From NCBI RefSeq assembly GCF_009914755.1, contig NC_060937.1: a stretch of DNA of 64,000 bases, one strand, 5' to 3'. Source of the DNA: the human T2T-CHM13v2.0 reference genome, Homo sapiens. The first letter of the stretch is position 1; every line of letters begins with the position of its first letter. This document shows, piece by piece, positions 27,381 to 45,846 of this stretch. The notes beneath the pieces are model-generated. The model did not search any database. It was not told the DNA's origin and was given only the letters and a program-made list of their open reading frames with translations. Both the position numbers and the translations under genes were made by a program.

Positions 27381-30300
27381 CTTTCAAGCCCTTATCAGCA
27401 ACATGGAAATAAATAACTCAAAGGTTAATTCCAGAAAGTTTCCTTACTCAAAGCGCATCTTGGCATTGATTTCACAGGCAGCAAGCCTCATCCCAAGCAA
27501 TGCTAAAAGGTTTCATCACCCCAGCCCCATCCCCAGGCATCTGCTTGTCAGGCTTTAAGGTGATAAAGAAAGAGGAAGGATCATAAAAACACCCACGAAG
27601 AAATACAAGGGGGCTATCTAACTATTTTGGAATTAATCCCCTAGACTTTTGGAATGAGGATACATTGAGGAAAAGGTTATGGCAAGTTTGAGTCTGTCAC
27701 CAACCTGCATCCGAGCCCCAGCAGGCCCTTCAGGTAACAAATCAAAGGCCTGTGTCCTGGTTCTTGCCCCTGCAGTCCTGGCCAACACTTTCTCTTAAGC
27801 GGCACCCACTGACCGGCTGCCTGGCAGCCTCCTCACCTTCCCTCTTCACTTGCTACATCTGATCCTTCAACAAGGCAGGAGTCCTGCGTCTACAGGCTTC
27901 TCCAGGAGCGATCTCTCTGTCAGGCTAATTAAACGGCAGCTACTCCCCAGGACAGTCCTGGAATCCTTGCTGAATCGTGGAAGCTCCAGGCAACCACAAT
28001 ACCCAGAATCTTTCCGTCACAGTTTAAGCCAGAGGTAGGGTCCCAGCAGGGGCCACTCGACCTTGCAGGAAAGCTCCCACATCCTACCCACGGGATGTTC
28101 TGGACCCCACTTCTGTTGTTGAGGTGAGGCTTTATTTTACTTCAAAAGTGTAGTACTTAGAAAAAAGTCAAGATAGTTGTATCTAGGAAGTAAAGATTCA
28201 TTTAATAAATTATTCAAAACTTCAGTATATCCTATTGCAATAATACTGAAACCAACTAAGAGAAAGGATGACGATACCCATCAAAGGGAAGTTAAGACCA
28301 TCTTCTTAAGTAAATCAGAACCGGTGCCTGCACAGAATGAGCTGCTAAAAGAGATTTAAAAGCAATGAAAACACACAGATACGACCTGCCGTGTTCGTAA
28401 TGTGCAGCCCAAGTGCGATTTCATATGACAGTTTCCCAAATTGCACCCTTCTGTGTGCAGATTTCAAAGTTTTGCCATATCCATGTGCTCTGAATTATTG
28501 TCTACCTAGGGCATCTTCAATAGACTCATTAAATACATTTAAATGTAAAATATGTTTACATTTAAATACATTTAAATACATCTGTGTGAGATTGAAGGTC
28601 CATTGTGCTGCCTGGTTTTTTCTACAGCACACTAAAATAAATTAGTAACTTTTAAAAAATATCCATCCAGGTACCACCTAGAGCCCTGTCATATCCCCTC
28701 TGATCATCACCCACTGGCACTGGGTGTGACACCTTCCCCATGGGAACATGGCAGGACAACCCAGGAGGAGTCAGAGGACAGTGGGGGTCAGAACAGAGTG
28801 GGCAGCGCTGTGCGCAGCCCCCTGCCGGACGGCAGTGTCCTGAAATGTCAGCATGCTGGCATTTTATCCTACTCCTTTTATTAGGGAGCCTGAAATTTAA
28901 AAACATAGGCAGGCCCCGCTTATCAACACGGGTAATTTCCTATCTCGAGTGCATTCTCACTGAAGCAGGCCTTCCTATGATGTGTCCTAGGGAGATGGGC
29001 GTCACAGTTTGGGTTAACACTGAAAAACGTAAGGACAGTATAAAGATTTGAGTAGTAACCAAGATGGCACTCTTTAAACTTCAAACAATGTTTTTACAAT
29101 TAATTTTTTTCTAATTATAAAAGTAATCCGTGTAGATTGCAGACCATTTGAAAAATACAGGAAAACACAAAGAAGGAAATAAAATTTATGCAGAGATAAC
29201 CACTACTATGAAGTGGGCACTGAGTTCCATTAGGAAAAATTCCTAGGGGAGGAATTAGGGAATCAAATATTGAGTTTTCCTGTCAAGGGTGGTGCCAAGC
29301 TCTTCTGGTTGGCCACACATAGCCGACATGCCAGGCCAGCCTGCACCCTCCATCCCTCCACACACATCCAGAGCCGGGGGCCCAGGTGGCCTCTCCCACA
29401 GCTAAGGCTCAGCAGAGCCAAGGGTGGCTGCCAGGCCCGCTGGTGCCCTCTGCATGCATCTCTGCCTCTTGGGAATGGGCCAGGACTGCAGAGTGGGAGA
29501 GCGCTCAGGAAGGCTTGGTGGAGACAAACTGGCAAAGTGTTTTTAATGCTGCAAAACCAAATATATGCAAGAAAGCTGTAAAAATTGGAGGAAGATGACA
29601 TTCAAAGGGATTCTGCCCTCAGATCACCATGACAGCATCTTTAATTCTTGCCTTAATTTAAGGAAATAAAGCGTAAAACCATGAGTGATGAATTATAAGA
29701 TTTTTAAAATTTCTTTTCTTTTTGCCAGGAAAAAACAAATTCAAAGAGCAGACCTCACAGAGATGTTCTCACAAGAATCAAATCAATTCAGACTCATATA
29801 TTTTAAGTTAAAAGGAAGCATTTGAGATGTATATGTATCATTGTCAATTTCCTGCTTTACCTGATTTTTTCACTTATTTGAAAATATTTCAACAAATAAA
29901 AGGGCTCCTAAGTGTTCAGCATGTTTCTGCATCTAGTCACCTGCTTTTTCATGTCCCTTAGTGGAGTTTTATATTTCTGTTTGCTTTACAAATGTGTACA
30001 TGGTGGGTTTTATATTTTTATGCTCTCAGACTTACCGGTCCTCCCATCTCTGGTTTCTGCCTTTGGTATCATGCTGACATCTCTCAACTGACCCAATTTT
30101 TTCCTATAGTTCCTTACAAAATTTGTTGTTTCTTCAATATAAATTTTGTACTCATCTCTTGGCCTAACAAGTCCTGGGTATTTAAGATGCTGGGTTGTTA
30201 TTTCGAACAGGCTCCCCCTCACTCTTGCTTGCGAGGTGGTTATTGCTAGCATCTGGGAATGCTATTGGATTTCTATATTGATTTTACTCACCATCATTGT

Positions 30301-31399
30301 AATTTCCTCTCTTAATTTTACTAACTTTGAGTCCATCCTTTGGGTGTTTGGGAAAGTTTTGTGGCTTGAAGTTCTGACTCTGGAATCAGCCAGACCTGCG
30401 TTTGCATTCCAGGAGTAGCATCTGTAAGACGTAAGCCTTGGGCAGGTCCCGATTCTCTGCAAAATGTGTGTGGAATGAGACAGAGTGGCTGGAAAATGTA
30501 TACAGGGCCTGGCACAAAGAGACGCTTGGATGTGTCATCTGCAGGTGGTGATAGTTTCTTTTTCTTTCTTTCAAATACTGCACACTTTGTTTATTTGCTG
30601 ATTGCTCTTGCTGCACTGGTAGAGCTTCTAGAGGACCTGTGGCTACAGACGGTCTCCTCCTGCAGCCCTGAGCTGGAGAAGCCCCCTGTTTTTGGGCTGA
30701 GGGTGCGGGTGTTTCACGTTCAGGGTCAGGAGGCTCCTCTCAATTTGTGCATGGTGCAGACGTCCCTGTGGTCTTCTTTGATAGATTTGGGGAGCCTGAG
30801 TTGCTTCTGTGGCTGAAGAAGTTCTCAAGTCCCGGTAGGAGGAAGCCAGGGAGCCTTTCGGTGCTGCGTGGATTGGATATGCCATTAAATACCTTACAGG
30901 GACTGCGCTTGGCTGAAGTCCAGGTGGTTTCTGGGACAGCTGGGCTCAGGGCAGGGTCCTGTCGGGCTCCCTGGGTGTCAGCGGCACCTGCCCCTGCAGG
31001 TGCTGCTCTTTGAGCCTCCCCACCCCCACTTCTGCTCCCACCGGGAGGATCTGCTGGCCTGGTGGGGCCCAGGAATGCAGAAGACTTTCCTCCTCCTCCC
31101 CCACCTTTCTTCTCTCTTGGTTATCTCTAAGTCTAAAGGGTTGTGGAAATGTGTTGGGCAAAAACAGATGGGAAGCCTCCAGGGAGAGGCAGCCTGTCTT
31201 CAGCAGGGAGATTTATGGCTTTCGATGTACAGCCAGGAGGGTGAATAAAAGCTGGCACGTAGAACACATTCAAGTGCGTTTTCCACTGACTTTAAAAAGC
31301 AAAAACTTGTTAAGGAAGTTTCCTTTTATTTCTGGTTATCAGTAATTATTTTTCAGGTAAGGTTGCTAAATTATATCATTGCCTTTTCAGCAATAATGA

Positions 31400-36125
<4,726 letters not shown>

Positions 36126-36149
36126 CCTTCCTCAGGAGAGGAAGTTTCT

Positions 36150-37630
36150 AAACCAAGGCGAGTGGTCTGCAGAGCAAAATCAAGGCAGGCAGACCTCCTC
36201 CATCCAAGAGGGCTCTTGGCTTCACTTAGGAGAGATTCACACACACACACCGACAGTGGAGGAAGCGTTGATCAGGAGTGATTCACACATGAGCCAACAG
36301 TGGAGGAGGCATTGATCAGGAGTGATTCACACGTGAGCCAACAGTGGAGGAGGCATTGATCAGGAGTGATTCACACGTGAGCCAACAGTGGAGGAGGCAT
36401 TGATCAGGAGTGATTCACACGTGAGCCAACAGTGGAGGAAGCATTGATCGGGAGATGATTCACACGTGAGCCGACAGTGGAGGAGGCATTGATCGGGAGA
36501 TGATTCACACGTGAGCCGACAGTGGAGGAGGCATTGATCGGGAGATGATTCACACGTGAGCCGACAGTGGAGGAGGCATTGATCGGGAGATGATTCACAC
36601 GTGAGCCGACAGTGGAGGAGGCATTGATCGGGAGATGATTCACACGTGAGCCGACAGTGGAGGAGGCATTGATCGGGAGATGATTCACACGTGAGCCAAC
36701 GGTGGAGGAGGCATTGATCGGGAGATGATTCACACGTGAGCCGACGGTGGAGGAGGCATTGATCGGGAGATGATTCACACGTGAGCCGACGGTGGAGGAG
36801 GCATTGATCGGGAGATGATTCACACGTGAGCCAACGGTGGAGGAGGCATTGATCGGGAGAGATTCACACGTGAGCCGACGGTGGAGGAGGCATTGATCAG
36901 GAGAGATTCACACGTGAGCCGACGGTGGAGGAGGCATTGATCAGGAGAGATTCACGCGTGAGCCAACAGTGGAGGATGCATTGATCAGGAGATGATTCAC
37001 ACATGAGCCAACAGTGGAGGAGGCATTGATCAGGAGAGATTCACACATGAGCCAACGGTGGAGGAGACATTGATCAGGAGTGATTCACATGTGAGCCAAC
37101 AGTGGAGGAAGCATTGATCAGGAGATGATTCACACATGAACCAACAGTGAAGGAGGCATTGATCAGGAGATGATTCACACATGAGCCGACAGTGGAGGAG
37201 GCATTGATCAGGAGAGATTCACACATGAGCCGACGGTGGAGGAGGCATTGATCAGGAGTGATTCACACGTGAGCCAACAGTGGAGGAGGCGTTGATCAGG
37301 AGAGATTCACGCCTGAGCTGACGGTGGAGGAAGCGTTCATCAGGAGAGATTCGCACGTGAGCTGACAGTGGAGGAGGCGTTGATCAGGAGAGATTCACAC
37401 AGAATCAGACAGTGGAAGAAGCATTGATTAGGGCGACAGGGCACAGCCAAAGGCTGCTGCACGGACAGAGCAGGGCTGTCCACTGGCAAAGGGGCCCCCT
37501 CAGATTGCTGGCTGGCTGTTTATACCTCCACCTAATTACACGTAAATGAGGGGTGGGTTATTCACGAACCTTCTGGAAAGCGGTGTGGAGGTCATGCGGT
37601 CCTGGTAACACAGGCTGCTTCCTTTTCAGT
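36150..37630 (-). mobile_element. ERV1 LTR (MER66/MER83-like) expanded internally by a VNTR
   Basis: Flanks GAGGGCTCTTGGC… and …GGCTGCTGCACGGACAGAGCAGGGCT…TAATTACACGTAAATGAGGGGTGGGTTATTCA match the antisense layout of this LTR group. Confidence 0.55.
36230..37432. repeat. VNTR, 44/45-bp units, about 27 copies
   Basis: GATTCACACGTGAGCC(A/G)AC(A/G)GTGGAGGAGGCATTGATC(A/G)GGAG(A)T repeated. Confidence 0.98.
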
Positions 37631-39027
37631 GACCAGCGTCATTTGGCGCAGCCCCCAGAGTCTCATGACAACGACCTTGTTCTGCTCAAGAGCCCTGTAC
37701 GGTCCCCTCTTCTGTGGATGGAAACTGAGGCACAGCAATGACAGCATCAACGGAGCCACCCTGCTCCTGGCTGTGCTCTGCAGGAGCCTCCACTCGGGGG
37801 CAGAGGACAAACAGCCCCACACTTGGAAGCACAGCTCGGGAGCAGCAGCTGAGTTGCGCTGTGAGGAGATGCCAGGCGGCTGTTTATCCATCGGCTGCTT
37901 GCAAGTGATGGGGCCGGGTTTACCCTCCTTTCCTGCCCATGATTTGGGCTCTTGGCAAATCAAAGGTTTAAAGATACCAGCTCTTGGAACCACAAAGTAA
38001 ACACAGCATATCTTCCTAATTCCTTTCACCACGCGGTGCACAGTTTTATGTGCTAATTGTGTTTACTGGAAGAACTCATGGCTGGTTCAAACAAATTCTT
38101 ATCGTGGAAAAAACGTCTCCCCTGCCATCAGCTGCTGGTACTGGTGGGATAGGAGTGCAGCACGGAGCACAGAGGCTGGAGCTGGGTCAAACCGGGAGGC
38201 AAGAGTGCAGGTGCACTGCTCCTGAGCTCAGCAGGCCCCACGGCATCTGCTGTGTGTAGAGGGGCTGACCGTAGATCGCTGCTTATTGTGGTTCCGTTTA
38301 AGAGTCCTCCCTGGCAGGATCCCTGCTCCTTAAAAGCACAGTGCAGAGCATCTTAGCTCCGATGCACCAAGCATGCCCCAGCTGTGCCTCAGCGAGGAGG
38401 GTGAGCTCTGGGCCAAGACCCCCTCTCCTGGTCCGGGACCCCTGAGCGCTTGTGACTCGGGATGACTGACAAAGTCCCTGGCCGGGTTTGTTCTTCCCAG
38501 GCTGTCCCAGTGGCTTCTGAATTTTTGGCCCATGTCTTGGGTGTAGAAACTACAAGAGAATTTTAGTAGAGCAGTGTGTTGTTGGCAAGCAAGTTAGATC
38601 ATCCCACTGAGCTTCTGTGACTTTCCTCTTTGCAGTTATGGTTCCAAACCAGAGTTTCCCTAGGAAATAAACACGGAGGGGCTGAAAGGACCTGGGGCCA
38701 TCGGGGGTGGATGGCCATATCCTGGGGCCTTGATGCCAGTGCCGACTGTTCCCTGCACGCTTCCACGTCCACGCCAACATTGCAAGGCTATGTCACGGAC
38801 TGGAACAGCTACAGTGATGACACACCTGAGGTGAACACAACTCCAGCAGCATCCTGGCCTCTCATGGGGCAAGTGCATGTGGAATCTAGAAACTTCACAG
38901 CTGAGCCTGCAAAGGTGCTCATGGCATGCAGAAGTGTTTCTGGGTAGGTAAAGCCCAGGCTAATCGCAGGTTCAGTGACCCGACAGTGCATTTAGGACAG
39001 TGATACTAGATGGGACGACCAAGCTCT

Positions 39028-39663
39028 GTGAGTTACACAATGGGGTGAGTTAGACAGTGGGGTGAGTTACACAATGATGGGGTGAGTTACACGATGGAGT
39101 GACTTACATAATGGGGTGAGTTACAAAATGGGGTGAGTTACACAATGATGGAGTGAGTTACACAATGATGGAGTGAGTTACACAATGGAGTGAGTTACAC
39201 AATTGGGTGAGTTACACAGTGAGGTGAGTTACACAGTGATGGGGTGAGTTATACAATGATGGGGTAAGTTATACAATGATGGGGTGAATTACACAATGGG
39301 GTGAGTTACATAATGGGGTGAGTTACACAGTGAGGTGAGTTACACAATGATACGGTGAGTTTCACAATGATGGGGTGAGTTACACAATGATGGGTGAGTA
39401 CACAGTGGGGTGATTTGCACAGTGGGGTGAGTTACACAATGGGGTGAGCTACACAGTGGGGTGAGCTGCACAATGATGGGGTGAGTTACACAGTGGAGTG
39501 AGTTACACAGTGGGGTGATTTGCACCATGGGGTGAGTTACACAATGATGGGGTGACACAGTGGGGTGATTTGCACAGTGGGGTGAGTTACACAATGGGAT
39601 GAGTTACACAGTGGGGTGAGTTGCACAGTCAGGTGTTACACGGTGGGGTGAGTTGCACACTGG
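39028..39663. repeat. Minisatellite, 17/20-bp units GGGGTGAGTTACACAAT(GAT), about 35 copies
   Basis: Direct periodicity. Confidence 0.96.
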
Positions 39664-42600
39664 AGGCTTCAGGCTCGCTCCCCCTTGCTCTCCCCCAATA
39701 GATCCAGTGGTAGGAAGTCATTTCAAGCAGCTTGTGAACATTCACAGAAGCAGCTCAGGATCATCCTGCTGCTTCTGAGAGGTAAGCTGGACAGGTTACT
39801 GCCTCTGACATGGGGGAGGAGAGAAAACTCCTGAATTTTGGTGCCCCCAGATATATCGTGGATCAAGAGGTCAGTATTATTCCATGCTTCTTCCCACTGT
39901 GAAACAAAATGAGACGTCTAGCGGGAGCCTCGTGTTGCCAGTGAAATCAACCCAGATGTGCAGGCATGAAAAAAAAATAGCCGGAAAATCTGCCCAGGAG
40001 ACCAGGGACAGCCAGGAGACACAACGCCAGGGCCGGGGCGCTCCCAGCAGGGCTGGCCTGACGTTGCCACCAGTGTGGAGGGTCCCCAGTGGGGCATGCG
40101 GGACACGCCCCGGAGGCCCGTCGGGAGGTCAGGCAGTCCCACGGGGGAAGCAGCTCAGCCCAGTGAAGTGGCCGTCCACACTCTCAGAGGAGCCTACCAC
40201 GTAAGGCACTGGGAGTTGAGTGACCCTGAGGGCCACAAGGCTGGGAGAAGATTCAGAGCTTGCACTCTTTGTCCATAGCCATAGCTGGCTGTGTGGGATT
40301 CAAATGGAAAACAGAGGGTTCCAGAAACCATGGTGACCACAGACAGCCCTTGCCTCTGCAGGGTACATCAGGGCTCAGAATGTGCTGTCCCCCTTATCAA
40401 TCATCACTGAGACCTCAGCAGAATGAGAGGGCCCCGCAGAGACAGCAGGCAGGGGCCAGGCCTTGGAAATGCTGCACACGGACCGGACCCCAGTCATCCT
40501 GCCACGGCCATGCCCATCTCGGCTGAGGCCACCGAGGTCTGGAGAAGGTCCTCACTTGCTCAAGGACACACGGCGGGTAGACTGGCTAGATTCATGCTCA
40601 GAGTGTTTCCTGCCTCTCCCCGGGGCCCCTTGATGTCAGGTTTGGGTGACGCTTTCGCCAATGTCCTGGCCGAGCAGATGCCTCAGGGGCTATCATGTGG
40701 TTCCACCATGTCCCCATCCTCCAGCCCACAGAGCCTCCCATGAGAGGCATCCTTCAGCCTGGGTCCCAGAACTGAGAGGCCATGGAGCAGAGCTCCAGCT
40801 GACCATCATGTGCCTGTAGCGCGAGTGAGAAGCACACGCTGTCGCTGGAAGCCCAAGACACAGGAGGCCATTTGTTTCTGCAGTGCAGCCCGGCTCAAGC
40901 TGACTGATCCCAAGTGAGGCTCAAGCCTGCCTGCCCAGCCCCGGAGCCACCACTTCTGCCCCACAACCCTGCCTCTCGGGGTGACAGGAAAGGCAGTTCT
41001 TACGCATCGTAGAGAGGAGGCGGGTGCAGTCGCTGCAGTAAACAGGAGCTGATAAGAGCCAGTGGGACTGAAGAGCTGCCTGCTGGGGAGCGGCTCTGTG
41101 GAATTCCACCCCGGGCACGGTGGGCACACGTGTCACTCTTGGCAGGTGTGGACACTAATGAGACTTTGGGTACAGCTACCTGCTGGGGCCTAGACATTCC
41201 GTGGGGCAGCGGGGGCACCCGGGGCAGTGCCTCACCCCGACACCAGGCCAGCAGAGACTGGTGGACCCCTCTCTTCCCCAGAGTGGGCCCATCAGGATGC
41301 CCAAAGCTCCCAGCTGGTGGTCACTGATTTCGCACTTTGACCCGTCCTCAAAACATGAGGTCTCTGTGAAAGCATAGACACCTTGAGAGTCCCAGCATAT
41401 GGGTGTGTGGCTGATCTCCCTTCCCTCCTGGCAGGAAACCCAGAGCCCTGAGCAGTTGTCACCCAAGATGGTGGCCCCAGAGCCACCTGGCCAGGCTCCC
41501 CACTTTTTCCTGAGCTGGACTCTCATGGCTGGTAACAGCCCAGGGTACCCCTCCAGCTCTGCCCTCCCAACTCTGGCTGCCCCCAGGTGTTCCCCGTGTC
41601 CAGCCCTGTGATGGGGAGTGCAGAGCGAGGCTTGGAGGGTGGGCGGGGAGCAGGTTCTGATCTCAACTCTTCCGTGCTCTGGGTGAGCAAGGCGGCTGCC
41701 TAAGGTCCCAAGGACAAGAGCCCGCAGCGACGGTCAGGATCATTGAGGAGAACGCCTGGAAAGTGCTTGTTGAGTTCTCTGTCCATAGTAGGTGCTCGGT
41801 AAATGTCAAAGATTTCCCAAATATTTGTATTGCTGCCAAGCTGAAGCATTTAGAAATGCATCAGTTTCATCTCCTCTTTGTGGTTGGACTTGGGCCCAGA
41901 AGCTGGTCCCCAAAGTGGCTTCACTTGTAGGACCAAGTATGAGCCCAGCCCAGCCCACAGCTGCCGCGCAGCCCTGCGACCCATTGGGTTATAAGGTGGA
42001 GGTCTCGGAGCTTCTGCTAGGAGCCCCCACCAGCCTCTGAGTCAACCAGAGGCCCCGGCGGCTGACCCCCTACAGCCCCCGGGGCCACAGCCCGAAGTGT
42101 GGGTTGAAGGGCTCCTGGCAGAAGCCTGGCCTGCAAGCACCGGCATCCAAGCTTCCACAGCAAAGTGATCCCATGCCAGGAGCAGACGTGACGGCTCCCT
42201 CAAACCAGGAAAACCTGTTTAAAATTCCACATGTCACCGTGGGCCTTCCTTTTCCACCCTCCATCGTCCAGCAGGTGTCGGGCCCCAGGCTGGAGGCCAC
42301 GTGCCAGGCTGGCAGGATTTGTCCACTGTGAAGCTCGACGCCCCCGCAGGCCCTGTGCTGCCCGCCCGGATCCCCCTGCCTCAGGATGCCCTCCACACCC
42401 TCCGAATTCCCAGCCGCTGCTCTGGGGCCTGCACAGAGGGCTTGGGCCCAGCACCTGGAAGCTCCAAAGAGGCAAACGGGTTCATGTCCAGGTAAACCTC
42501 AAGATGTGGCTCTGAGGAGTTTCCTTTTATGGGTTTTACTGCTTTTTAAAAACACTCCTTATTTTCGAAATAGAATGTGACGCCCCACCCTCACCCTGTC

Positions 42601-42689
42601 CAGGAGGCCCAGCCAGTGCCTCTTCTGTGCCCCTAGACACCTCTGAGAACTCCAGGCACCAGCATTAATATCCTGGAGCCCTGGAGCCC

Positions 42690-43122
42690 CGGAGCCCCTG
42701 AGTGTGCCGGGCCTGAGTGTGTGCCAGGCCCCAAGTGTGCCGTGCACTGTGTGTGTTGTGCCCCCAGTGTGCCAGGCACTGAGTGTGCCAGACCCCGAGT
42801 GTGCTGTGCCCTGTGTGTGTCATGCCCTAAGTGTGCTGTGCCCTGAGTGTGCCAGACCCTGAGTGTGCTGGACCCTGTGTGTGCTGGACCCTGTGTGTGC
42901 CAGGCCCTGAGTGTGCCATGCCCTGAGTGTGCTGGGCCTGTGTGTGCCAGACCGTGTGTGTGCCAGGCCCTGAGTGTGCTGGGCCCCATGTGTGCTGGGC
43001 CTGTGTGTGCCAGACCGTGTGTGTGCCAGGCCCTGAGTGTGCTGGGCCCCATGTGTGCTGGGCCTGTGTGTGCCAGACCGTGTGTGTGCCAGGCCCCATG
43101 TGTGCTGGGCCCTGAGTATGTC
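42690..43122. repeat. About 16-bp GT/GC minisatellite with a 63-bp higher-order repeat
   Basis: ACCGTGTGTG at 42951, 43014 and 43077. Confidence 0.92.
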
Positions 43123-44029
43123 AGGCCCTACAGGCAGCACCTGCAGATGGAGCTCACAGAGAGGCTAGAGGGGGAAATCTGCTTAAAGTCTTGTCTGCTC
43201 TCTTCATCCTTCAGTGGATGTGGAATTTAATCTGGCAGATACTTACGTGGCTGCTGGATGGTAGAACTGTACAAGGTCCACCCAAGTGAGGAGGGAGCTG
43301 TGAGGCGTGGTGGGAATGGAGGATGGGGGCTGTGGCCTACTGGGCTCCCTGTGTCCACCCCACATCCACCCAGTAACTCATAAGCCACAAATAGATGTGC
43401 CTTGATCTACTTAATGCCTCATTGCTAGATAGTTGGATTGTCTCCTGTTATGCATTTGCCACCCAGAGCCTCATCATTCCTCCTGTCATTACTTTCTAGT
43501 GGGAGAGTGGGTCAAAGGTGTGAACTCCTGTATTCACCCCTAGGTTTTGTCAGATCGCTTCCGAGGCTGCCCTCTTCGCCGTGGCTGCTGAGTGCAGAGC
43601 TGGGCATCTGAGTGGACAGAGTGGTGCTCCGCTTCCTTGCATCTCCTGGGCCATGCGTGGTGACCTGTGCCCACTGCATCGCTCCTGTGTGCCCTGTGCA
43701 TGTGACCGTGTCTTTCCCGTGTATTCAATGCTGCTTCATGTGTGAGTTTCTCTGTGTTCCAAACCCCAACTACAGTGATTTTACAGATGAACCTTAATAG
43801 ATGTGAAATCTATAAGTAGCTATTAATCTTTGTGTCATATTTACTGCAAATATTTCCCCCACTCCACTAGCTTCCAGTTCCGCTTTGTGGTTTGTGAGTG
43901 ACCAGTGCATCCCGTTCCTGCTGCAGCAGCTGCAATGTGCACTGTCCTGCAGGAAGCCCTCGGGGTAGGGCCTGGGGGCTGTGGGAAGCTCAGCAACAAG
44001 GTAAGGGAATGGGCAGCTTTGTTTTATTT

Positions 44030-44930
44030 ATTTATTTATTTTTACTATTTAATTATCTCACCTTATTACACTTTAATTAAAATATCGATCTTTACACAAT
44101 ACACTTGAACTGTGGAATAAAGCAGGACCAGATGTGGACCCTGGAGCTGACAGTTACTTGCCTCCCACCCAGCCACGTCCTAATTCTCTTTTTGCAAAAG
44201 CAACTACTTGTCCCTGTTAAAGCTGTTCCTTCTGGTCATGACTGTTTTATCACAAAATCATATGCCTCTATTTTTGTTGCTTGACTTATCCATTTTAGAC
44301 ATTATCTGTTTATTTCCTGCTGCACAGGTATTTTAGCTCCATCTCCCCTACTTCCACATCCACACTATAATTATATCTCTATTTTTAGTTAAATCCATAG
44401 TTAGTATTTACATTTTCATGACTAAGTAAATATTGCTTATGACTGAGCCAAACAAAGCATGATGGTTATTTTTCATTCCATCAACAGCTTCCCCCTGCCC
44501 TTCGCCCACCCTGATAGTTTTGACTTTTTTTCTCACAACACATTCTCATGTGTGTTCATAGTCTCCCGACTATCTTCTATCTGCCTTCACCCCCAGTGCT
44601 CCATTATGCCAGGAGGTCTCCTCAGGATGAGCCCCATGTGCAGCCTACATTGTGCTACTCTCTCAGATCCAGTGTGCAGCTCTCCTCCTGGGACTTCCCT
44701 CCACAACTTTTCTCAGTTGAATCCACTATGTGTTGGATCCCAGGTCTTCCTCTTTATTTTCTCCTTCATTTTGCTGGAGCACATCCTCAAGTAACTTTCT
44801 AAAATAAGTTTAAACAGGTAAATGTTTTGGAAGGTTGAATGCCACAAAACATCTTTATTCTACCTTCATACTTGACTCATAATATTGCTGGAACCAATTT
44901 CTAAGTTCAAAATCATTTTTCAGGAGCTAG
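44030..44930 (-). mobile_element. Very old L1ME-like fragments
   Basis: AT-rich; ATCTTTATTCTACCTTCATACTTGA…ATTTCTAAGTTCAAAATCATTTT resembles the antisense L1 ORF1 region. Confidence 0.45.
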
Positions 44931-45394
44931 GAATTGAACTCAACCTATCTAATTCCAAAATTAGGGTTATTTTATTTGACACGATCTCTGGCTAGGAAGC
45001 AAGCACAACAGCTCCACCGTTATTGGCAAGTTACTGAAAGCAACCCTTTGACAGCAGCCGCAGATCCACAGCCATACAGAATTTTCCTTTTTAAACAAGT
45101 TGCTCACCATTAGGATGCTCTGATTTCTCCATTTGTAAAATGAAGATTCTCTGTCAACTTTTGGTTTTAGTTTTTGGTCTGGCATATTTGGTAAGCTACA
45201 AGTGATCTTTGGCTGAAAATCAGTCATGTGTGGCGGGTCGTTTCACCAGGTGCCCTGCACCCAGAGATCTAGGGCCCTCAATCGTCCTTCAGTTGCTGTC
45301 AGTGCAAGGGCAATATCACCCAACCCTCCACAGGGAAAGGCAACTGCCACACGCCTCTGAGAGCAGGGATGCAGCAAGCGCTGACTCTGGGCTT

Positions 45395-45547
45395 ATAGGG
45401 GTCCCGCCCATAACAGCGCACCACAGACCAGGGCTCACCCCACAAACATTTTTCTCGCTCAGTCCTGGAGGCAGAAAGGCCAACATCAGGGTGCCAGCAT
45501 GGCTGGCGTCTGGTGAGGCTCTCTTCCTGGTTTGCAGACTGTTGCCA
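45395..45547 (-). mobile_element. MLT1A/MSTC-type LTR fragment
   Basis: CCATAACAG..CACCACAGAC…CAGTCCTGGAGGC…ATCAGGGTGCCAGCATGG…GGTTTGCAGAC. Confidence 0.75.
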
Positions 45548-45846
45548 TGGTATTGTGATAATAACAAAATATAGATTTGGTCTTCGTCCCAGATTCCCAA
45601 CACCAGAGCTTCTAAGAGCCCTGGAACCTCTTGAGTGATGAGCGTGTCTTTTGTGTGCTGACGAGAGGACAGAGCTGGTGACCCTTGGGCAGCTTCAGGA
45701 AGGGACTGCTCCCCAGAAAGACCAAGGCAGGACTTATAGGTGAGGACTTTCAGATCCACCCCAACCTCCAGGAAGCGGGAGGGGAGAGAGGACAGGAGCT
45801 GAAGATGGAACTGATTACCGATGGCCAAGAATTTAATCCATTATTC

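Noticed and set aside
36230-37432. CRISPR-like arrays here, at 22.3 kb, 24.7 kb and 63.3 kb
   Set aside because: These are head-to-tail repeats with no unique spacers, no cas genes and a primate context.
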